Source: Bacilli bacterium
Lineage (GTDB): Bacteria > Bacillota_I > Bacilli_A > RFN20 > CAG-826
Length of the DNA stretch: 33,766 bases
Direction: 5' to 3'
NCBI GenBank assembly: GCA_045111495.1
Contig: JBGUGI010000067.1
Span: 1 to 33,766, forward strand
The notes beneath the pieces were generated by a model. It saw only the letters and a program-made list of their open reading frames with translations. It was not told the origin of the DNA and searched no databases. The position numbers were made by a program, and so were the translations under genes. The number at the start of each line of letters is the position of its first letter. The first letter of the stretch is position 1. Shown here piece after piece: positions 27,474 through 33,766 of this stretch.

Positions 27474-29087
27474 TTACACTTTATTATAATCTTTCATTGT
27501 TGTCAAACATGTCTTGAGAACAAATAATCTATTTTTGAAAAAGTCAGACAGTTTCTCATCAATTGTATACTTCCCAAGAGTGATGTGCGCAGAGCAGCAT
27601 TTATCGACATGATTGTTAATTTCCAAGTCCCTGTGGTCTCTATCAAATGATTTGAAAAAAGTACTGACAGCAAAATTATCAGTCATCTTGCCAATACTAA
27701 AGCTAATCTCACGCATTAGCGACATCGCCATGGAATCCATGACGGTGTCATATCCAAATTTAGTGAAATAGTACTTACCTAATTCTTTGCATATTTGTTC
27801 CAAATCGGTTAAGTTTCTTTTTCTATAGTCTTCTTTATCCTCGTTATACTTGCAAGTTTTAAGATTCTCGATCAATGTATATAGTGTTTCATTGTACTTT
27901 TTAATATTACATACATAATCGAAATACTTGGTGGCATTATTATCACCTTTCTTGTATTTTGAATCATCCCTTATTTGAATGAAATTGTTAATAATATATT
28001 CAAAACTTTTGTGATCATTTCCAAAAAGCGCATCTGGATCACCCAAATAATAATCGAAAATCTTAAATATTATTAGGTATGATAAACTATTCTGTTTCTC
28101 AACTATTTCATTTCCATGGAGTCTTTTCTTACGCAAAGTTTCTAAATACTCAAACACCTCTTTCATTTCGTCGTCAAAATCCACGACTTTTTCATCAAAA
28201 TAAACAACCTTACTATCGAGTTCTTTTTTAGTTAAATATTTTTGTATATTTTGTCTAGTTTGAAGAATTAAAGATTTGACCATTTTGTCCCTTATCTCAA
28301 GCAAAAATTCCTTTAAAGTTTGTTTTTCGTTTTTAAAAAGGACCTTTAACTCGTTATCGGTGAACAAATGCTCCATAACAAGATTTGAATCCTCTAAATC
28401 GCTTAGCATCTGTGCAACTTCATCTGCCATAGCCACGACTTGTCCTTCTAATGTATAACAAGCCGTATTATCGAGATAACCTTTTGTTTTTCTCAAAGTC
28501 TCTGGCAAAAAACTATGTGCACCAAATACTCTTTTTTTCTCACCATTGTACTCAACACCATCGAATTTATTTATCTTGGTATGTTTCAAAACACCATCAA
28601 TTATATCTGGTGAACAAATACTGAAATTCCGTTTCAATAATGCCGCTGAGTAAAAGTTATGTTTGAAAACCAATTCTCCGTGTTTATCTCCGTCAGGAAA
28701 GAATGTTCTAAAAGCTTTGTTTTTACCATTCATGTAGTGAGTTAATGCTTGCTCGCCAATATGACCAAAAGGTGTATGGCCAAAATCATGGGCAAAAGCT
28801 ATGGCATCTAACAGATCTTCTGAGTATTTGATATTTTCTGTAACATCAGCCCAACCCTTCATAGTAAAAATGTATTCTTCTTTGCATATTTTTTTCATTA
28901 TTTCTTTTGCGGCGGAGCACACTTCTAAAGTATGAAGAAGTCTTTCGTGAATGTAATCTGCCTTTGAATCTGTTTGCGCAACAAGCAAAGAGAAAACTTG
29001 CTTTTTCCCTTTTAATCTTCTCATTTGTTTAGAAGCGAGGATTCTATTTAAAGTAATCGAATACGTTGTGTCATTGAACGTTCTCAT
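27474..29087 (-). CDS. Divergent dGTPase-family (dNTP triphosphohydrolase) HD-domain protein
   Basis: RILASKQMRRLKGKKQVF (cf. RRL..KTQVF), RLLHTLEV (cf. RLTHSLEV), AHDFGHTPFGHIGE, TLEGQVVAMADEVA..DLED, C-terminal IGKMTDNFA (cf. GMTD). Confidence 0.87.
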   Translation of the reverse strand: MRTFNDTTYSITLNRILASKQMRRLKGKKQVFSLLVAQTDSKADYIHERLLHTLEVCSAAKEIMKKICKEEYIFTMKGWADVTENIKYSEDLLDAIAFAHDFGHTPFGHIGEQALTHYMNGKNKAFRTFFPDGDKHGELVFKHNFYSAALLKRNFSICSPDIIDGVLKHTKINKFDGVEYNGEKKRVFGAHSFLPETLRKTKGYLDNTACYTLEGQVVAMADEVAQMLSDLEDSNLVMEHLFTDNELKVLFKNEKQTLKEFLLEIRDKMVKSLILQTRQNIQKYLTKKELDSKVVYFDEKVVDFDDEMKEVFEYLETLRKKRLHGNEIVEKQNSLSYLIIFKIFDYYLGDPDALFGNDHKSFEYIINNFIQIRDDSKYKKGDNNATKYFDYVCNIKKYNETLYTLIENLKTCKYNEDKEDYRKRNLTDLEQICKELGKYYFTKFGYDTVMDSMAMSLMREISFSIGKMTDNFAVSTFFKSFDRDHRDLEINNHVDKCCSAHITLGKYTIDEKLSDFFKNRLFVLKTCLTTMKDYNKV

Positions 29088-29201
29088 ATAATCACCCTAC
29101 CCACACTATGTTTAATATATACAACAATAGAATGATAGCATGTTTATAAAAAATAGTTGATTGTTTCTTACTTTTTGTTTGATAATCGCTTTTTTGCAAA
29201 T

Positions 29202-29227
29202 AAAAAGTCACCCGCAAAAGGTGACTT
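29202..29227 (-). terminator. Terminator after the Lrp-aminotransferase operon
   Basis: Minus strand AAGTCACC-ttttgcg-GGTGACTT-TTT. Confidence 0.8.
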
Positions 29228-29253
29228 ATGAATTTGATTTATAAGATTGTATT

Positions 29254-30411
29254 TTAAGCAATAGCTTTAAGAAATCTCTCTATTCTTTTAATTGCTTCCT
29301 TTAAAGCGTCTAACGAATAAGCATAAGAGATTCTTACAAATCCTTCGTCACTGTCCCCGAAAGCGGTACCAGGTACCACGACAACATGTTCTTTATTTAA
29401 TAACTCAGTAGCGAACTCTTCACTATTCATTTTGTATTTTCTTATATCAGGGAAGATATAGAATGCTCCTTTAGGTTCAAAGCACGGTAAGCCTAATCTA
29501 TTGAATTCTTTAAGAAGGTATTTTCTTCTTTTATCATATTCCTTCTTCATTCTTTCGATATCGCTATCACCATTTCTTAAAGCTTCTAATCCAGCATATT
29601 GGCTTATTGTAGGCGCACTCATGACCACGAATTGATGGATCTTTTTAACTTGATCAATAATTACTCTAGGGCCCATAACATAGCCTAATCTCCATCCTGT
29701 CATGGAATAGGCTTTGGAAAAGCCGTTGATGGTAATAGTTCTTTCTTTCATATTTGGTAAAGAACCAATAGAACAATGATTACCTTCATAAGTTAATTCA
29801 CTATATATTTCATCACTGATGACTAATAAATCATGTTTAATAATGACTTTAGCGATCTTCTCTAAATCAGCTTTATTCATAATAGCCCCAGTTGGGTTAT
29901 TAGGATAATTCATTAAAAGAATCTTTGTTTTAGAAGTGATAACACTTTCTAGTTCTTCTGGAGTTAATCTAAACTCATTTTCGTTTTTAAGTTTAATCTT
30001 AATAGGCACACCACCAGCGAGAATAATATCTGGCTCGTAGCAGACGTAATTTGGTTCAAGGATAATTACCTCATCCCCTGGGTTAATCGTTGCTCTTAGG
30101 GCGATATCAATGGCTTCTGAGCCACCACAGGTGATAATGACTTCATCCTTACTATAATCAAGATTATATTTACGCTTATTCCATTTAGCGATTTCTTCTC
30201 TTAATTCTGGTAAGCCTTGATTAGAAGTATAGAATGTTCTTCCTTGTTCTAAGGAATAGATACCTTCTTCTGTAATATGCCAAGGCGTATCAAAATCAGG
30301 TTCCCCAACACCTAAAGATATACAATCTTCAATGCTATTAGCGATGTCAAAGAACTTTCTGATACCAGAAGGTTTAATGTTCTTTATTTTGTTTGATACG
30401 AAATCTCTCAT
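29254..30411 (-). CDS. Class I/II aminotransferase (YugH/AlaT-like)
   Basis: IKPSGIRKFFD, ISLGVGEPDFDTPW, NYPNNPTG, SDEIYSEL, NGFSKAYSMTGWRLGY; ATGA-coupled to the Lrp gene as in yugG-yugH-type pairs. Confidence 0.9.
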   Translation of the reverse strand: MRDFVSNKIKNIKPSGIRKFFDIANSIEDCISLGVGEPDFDTPWHITEEGIYSLEQGRTFYTSNQGLPELREEIAKWNKRKYNLDYSKDEVIITCGGSEAIDIALRATINPGDEVIILEPNYVCYEPDIILAGGVPIKIKLKNENEFRLTPEELESVITSKTKILLMNYPNNPTGAIMNKADLEKIAKVIIKHDLLVISDEIYSELTYEGNHCSIGSLPNMKERTITINGFSKAYSMTGWRLGYVMGPRVIIDQVKKIHQFVVMSAPTISQYAGLEALRNGDSDIERMKKEYDKRRKYLLKEFNRLGLPCFEPKGAFYIFPDIRKYKMNSEEFATELLNKEHVVVVPGTAFGDSDEGFVRISYAYSLDALKEAIKRIERFLKAIA

Positions 30412-30890
30412 AAAACAATATTAGTTCTTTTATCTATTTTCTTATCTTCTAATAAAACACCATGGTCTTTATATTTCTTTAAGACAAAGTGAGTAGCGGT
30501 ACTTTGAACATAATCAATTGTCGCTAGTTTATTAAAGACAAAGGAGGATACTTCTTTCATGGATTTACCGTTAATAATAACCATAAAGTCATAACCGCCA
30601 GAAATAAGATAGATACTATCTACTTCATCAAATCTAGATATACGGTCAGCGATTCTATCAAAACCAGTACCTCTTTGAGGTGTGACTTTCACTTCGATTA
30701 AAGCATTACACTTTTCTTCAGTAATCTTATCCCAGTTAATAATGGCAGAATATCCACATATCACTTTATCCGCTTCTAGTTCGCCCACTAATTGGAGAGC
30801 TTCTTTTTCTTTGATGTCTAGTTCTTCTGCAATTTCTTTAATAGAAAGCTTTGCGTTCTTTTCTAATAACTCTAAGATTTTGGTTTTCAT
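30408..30890 (-). CDS. Lrp/AsnC-family transcriptional regulator (YugG-like)
   Basis: N-terminal HTH; ALIEVKVTPQRGTGFDRIA, SGGYD, STATHFVLKKYK. Confidence 0.92.
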   Translation of the reverse strand: MKTKILELLEKNAKLSIKEIAEELDIKEKEALQLVGELEADKVICGYSAIINWDKITEEKCNALIEVKVTPQRGTGFDRIADRISRFDEVDSIYLISGGYDFMVIINGKSMKEVSSFVFNKLATIDYVQSTATHFVLKKYKDHGVLLEDKKIDKRTNIVL

Positions 30891-30892
30891 AA

Positions 30893-30978
30893 AAACACCT
30901 CAACGATATGTTTAATTAATTGCTATTTATTGTATTTAAAGTATAACAAAATAACAAGAAACTATCGTTGAGGTATTT
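30893..30978 (-). promoter_or_regulatory. Long inverted repeat bracketing the Lrp promoter and covering its RBS
   Basis: ACCTCAACGATA (30897-30908) / TATCGTTGAGGT (30963-30974); extended -10 TG-t-TATACT on the minus strand at 30948-30940 lies between the arms. Confidence 0.6.
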
Positions 30979-30998
30979 AACTATTTATAAAACAGTTA

Positions 30999-33143
30999 TT
31001 ACTTTGGCGCTATAACTTCAAATTCAGAAATAGTAAAGGTTATTCTACCTTCATAAATAACAGCGTCGACTGCGAAAAACACTGTTTGATCTTGGACAAC
31101 GATATTATCGTTTGCTCCACCGACTAAGTACTTACCATATTCGGCAATATTAAGAACATCACTATAACCATAGCCGCCTCTAGTGCCCCAGTCATTATTA
31201 ACAACAAATTTGAATGCTTGCTTTGGTTGAAGATACACACTACTTAAACGGAATAAATCATCACCCATTTTTGTAAACATCAAACCACCACTTGTGACAT
31301 CCCAGTCATTGAAATCACCGACCATGGAAATGGAATTAATATTATCATCTTCCTGTTGTTGTGGTTTAGCTTCGTGGAAAGCACGAATAATAACAGTGCC
31401 TAAACTAGCATCGCTATCATCATAGTTAATCCAGAGATAGTTATCACCTGCTTCTTTGCGGTAATAAGCACCTTTAAATGTACCTAGATATCCACCATCA
31501 AGAACAAAGCCGTTACCGTTTAACTTATTTTTATAATTTTGTGATTCACTATATCTAGTATTTTTAATTTCTAAGGCATATGGTTCTTTACTTAATTCTT
31601 GTGTACCATATTCAATTCTTTCCCCATCATATTCAGGAACACCGATGTCCGCTAAGACTTTAGGGAATGTTGGTTTAACATATGTATCTGGTAAATCGCC
31701 TGAATAGATGAAATCCATTACACCACCTATACCTTGTTCGTCCATAAAGGCAATGATGAGGTTTCTATTTGTGAATTTATATCTCTCCATAATGTCGGAT
31801 AAACTATCGACTAAACTAACTTCCTTAGCTTCATTGTTATCTTGTTGTCTAACATAGAATCTTAAAGCCACTAAATCAGTAATTTCTGAAACTAAAGCAC
31901 CATTTTGATCAATATAGTATAGATGGATAACTAGTTTCTCACCATTCTCATCAACAAAACCATTGAATAGTTCTCGTATAGTGACATTACCAGGAACTTG
32001 ATAGTTACCAGCACCTCCGGATAAGCTACCATTCATTGCTCTAATAGCCACAATCTCTTGTTTTTGTTCTTCTTGTTCGTCTCTACAAACTAGATTATAG
32101 ATAATGTCTTCTTTTGCGATTTTAGAGAAATCGTTATAGCAAGTTTTAAGAACACTATTTTGTGTACCTGCTTTATTAAAGAAGCTATCAGCATCTATTT
32201 CATTAGTGTTTAATCCTAAGTTAGTAAACAAAGCATTAGCGATTGTCTTAGCAGCTTCACTTTTTTGTCTGACATTCTTGTTCTTATAATAAGTACCATT
32301 CTTATACCAAGAACAGGCATCTACTTTATATTCACATCCTTCATTAACATAAGCATCAAAGTCTTGATGACTAGCGTCTTTCACTAAACGATGATCATTA
32401 TCCATACAGAACTTTCTCCATTCATTAATTTCGGAGTTCTTAACTTCTACATAATCATATTCATATGTATATCTCTTGTAATATGGTAGTTCTCTTTCAT
32501 CAGTCTCTGTCACCATACTCATTGTATAGTTAGGAGAGTTATTAGCCATATCATAGTCTAGTTCTATTCCTACATACCATTTCGTGGTATATGACTCACT
32601 ACCTTTTTTAAGATTAATATCAAATGATACATCCGCAGTGATGAGATTATCATCATCGATATTAATATCCATACCTAAAGTGAAGGTGTAGTTATATTTA
32701 AATTCATCACCTTTTTCTTTTTTAGCTCCTGTATTGATATCGACATACATTTCACCAGTAACAGTGTCATAGTATTTCTTATCAAACTCATACCCGTTGC
32801 CAATCTTTTCTAATACTTTCTTAATGTATTGGAATTGAATCATTGGGGGTTCATTGTATGAAACATCATCTAAGAAATCATCTCTTTTATCTTCTTCTGT
32901 ATATAGATTAAAGATAGTATCTAATGCAGAAGATGGATTAGATCCCCCTATCTTATTTCTTTTTAACAATAATGGTTTATTTCTTTTAACGACTTTAGGA
33001 GACTTAAATGATTTCTCCACACCATTAAAGGCAAACTTAACTTTCTCATATTGTGTAGTAGGTAACTTATTAGCATTACAACCAATTAAACCTATAGCAA
33101 AAGACCCTACCAGCGTAGCAACAAAACAATTAATCTTTTTCAT
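30999..33143 (-). CDS. Large lipoprotein with C-terminal carbohydrate-binding-like (SusE/SusF/CBM-type) module
   Basis: Lipobox LIGC; C-terminal SMVGDFNDWD...AFKFVVNNDWG pattern typical of starch-binding Ig-like modules; rest unrecognised. Confidence 0.6.
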   Translation of the reverse strand: MKKINCFVATLVGSFAIGLIGCNANKLPTTQYEKVKFAFNGVEKSFKSPKVVKRNKPLLLKRNKIGGSNPSSALDTIFNLYTEEDKRDDFLDDVSYNEPPMIQFQYIKKVLEKIGNGYEFDKKYYDTVTGEMYVDINTGAKKEKGDEFKYNYTFTLGMDINIDDDNLITADVSFDINLKKGSESYTTKWYVGIELDYDMANNSPNYTMSMVTETDERELPYYKRYTYEYDYVEVKNSEINEWRKFCMDNDHRLVKDASHQDFDAYVNEGCEYKVDACSWYKNGTYYKNKNVRQKSEAAKTIANALFTNLGLNTNEIDADSFFNKAGTQNSVLKTCYNDFSKIAKEDIIYNLVCRDEQEEQKQEIVAIRAMNGSLSGGAGNYQVPGNVTIRELFNGFVDENGEKLVIHLYYIDQNGALVSEITDLVALRFYVRQQDNNEAKEVSLVDSLSDIMERYKFTNRNLIIAFMDEQGIGGVMDFIYSGDLPDTYVKPTFPKVLADIGVPEYDGERIEYGTQELSKEPYALEIKNTRYSESQNYKNKLNGNGFVLDGGYLGTFKGAYYRKEAGDNYLWINYDDSDASLGTVIIRAFHEAKPQQQEDDNINSISMVGDFNDWDVTSGGLMFTKMGDDLFRLSSVYLQPKQAFKFVVNNDWGTRGGYGYSDVLNIAEYGKYLVGGANDNIVVQDQTVFFAVDAVIYEGRITFTISEFEVIAPK

Positions 33144-33360
33144 AATGTGTATTTAAAACAACTCCCTGGAACCAATATCTAATATTTGATTCAAATTATA
33201 CGTATATGATGGTTATAGCCTTATCATAACACGTATTTAGAAAATATACATTAATAAAGAAAAAGCCATCGGATTGGAGTGCTAGTATAAAAGTGGACAA
33301 GGGTAAAAAGCCCCCATCCACTTTTTTCTTTTTGCTATTCTATTTGAAGGAGGTTATTAA

Positions 33361-33756
33361 ATGGCAAGAACATACAAAAGAAAGTTTACAATGCGTAGCC
33401 CAGAAGAAAAGGAAGCGATAATTCTTGAGTATTTCAACGATCATCATGCTTCTTATAGAAAAACCGCGGACAAATATGGGGTTGATAATTCGAGATTCAT
33501 GAGATGGATCAAGAAATATCGAGAAAGCGGAATTGAAGGATTAAGGAGTAAGACCGGTAAAACTAAAGGTTCAGGGAAAGGCAATCCATTAAGTAGACTG
33601 CAGCGGAAGAAAAACAAAACTAGAGAAGAAGAACTTGAGCTAGAAAATCTTAAGTTAAAGATTGAGGTAGCCCGATTAAAAAAAGGGTATCAAGTGAAAG
33701 GAGTTGGTTCAAAAAAGGAATACGTTACTATCAAAGACTTGAATACGAAGTCTTAG
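33361..33756 (+). CDS. IS3-family transposase OrfA (HTH)
   Basis: SPEEKEAIILEY...SYRKTADKYGV...WIKKYRESGIEGL HTH and leucine-zipper ELELENLKLKIEVARLKK; AAGGAGG Shine-Dalgarno. Confidence 0.88.
   Translation: MARTYKRKFTMRSPEEKEAIILEYFNDHHASYRKTADKYGVDNSRFMRWIKKYRESGIEGLRSKTGKTKGSGKGNPLSRLQRKKNKTREEELELENLKLKIEVARLKKGYQVKGVGSKKEYVTIKDLNTKS
33698..33754 (+). other. Programmed -1 ribosomal frameshift signal (OrfAB)
   Basis: Internal SD AAGGAG (33698-33703), slippery A AAA AAG (33711-33717) in the orfA frame, downstream stem AAGACTT/AAGTCTT (33734-33754). The -1 frame reads KKGIRYYQRLEYEVLEEL... Confidence 0.8.
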
Positions 33757-33766
33757 AAGAATTATC

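Larger units (their letters stand above)
33275..33766 (+). mobile_element. IS3-family insertion sequence (IS150-like), left end; truncated by the window
   Basis: IRL-like TGGAGTGCTAGTATAAAAGTGGACA from 33275; orfA; A-AAA-AAG frameshift site; orfB frame open to the window end. Confidence 0.85.

Noticed and set aside
24182-29241. Partial direct repeat TGACTTATG...ATTTGATTTA on both sides of the dGTPase-RT-MBL block as att sites
   Set aside because: The match is interrupted (6 nt vs 1 nt spacer) and AT-rich, each copy is already explained by a local inverted repeat or terminator, and no integrase is present.
383-33156. Short ORFs (60-136 aa) antisense to or nested within long genes in the ORF track
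   Set aside because: They are shadow frames of well-supported genes, with no recognisable motifs.
33200-33236. Imperfect palindrome TACGT..TATGAT...ATCATA..ACGTA upstream of the large lipoprotein
   Set aside because: Several mismatches in AT-rich DNA and no second copy seen; cannot be distinguished from chance.
1-33766. CRISPR array, rRNA, tRNA or prophage genes
   Set aside because: No regularly spaced repeats, RNA-gene signatures or phage structural genes were seen.

Overview
AT-rich window from a low-GC Gram-positive bacterium (Bacillota-like; standard code, since TGA is a stop and Trp is TGG). Almost all genes are on the minus strand. The left half (1-17.8 kb) is housekeeping nitrogen and amino-sugar metabolism: a tightly packed pyrG-guaA-glnA(GSIII)-purB::purA-glmS-gdhA operon, two aminotransferases, and a divergent LysR gene. 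A 41-bp LysR-type motif is duplicated in front of both the aminotransferase gene and pyrG. This half also has two unusual fusions (XRE-HTH::GlmM and PurB::PurA), an orphan AbiEi-like gene, and a small cloverleaf-shaped RNA candidate with its own promoter and terminator. The middle (17.9-29.1 kb) looks like an accessory/defence island with two modules. (i) A four-gene operon: SPFH-zinc-ribbon, zinc-ribbon-trypsin protease, zinc-finger-TIR-TPR-membrane protein, Gly-rich lipoprotein. (ii) The best candidate for an undescribed system: a divergent dGTPase-like HD protein, a hairpin-dense ~220-nt intergenic region, and an Abi/UG-class reverse transcriptase (catalytic motif NVDD) translationally coupled to a ComEC-type metallo-beta-lactamase-fold hydrolase. 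The right end carries an Lrp + aminotransferase pair, a large lipoprotein and the left end of an IS3-family element with an intact -1 frameshift signal. All family calls come from motif recognition by eye; no database searches were run.
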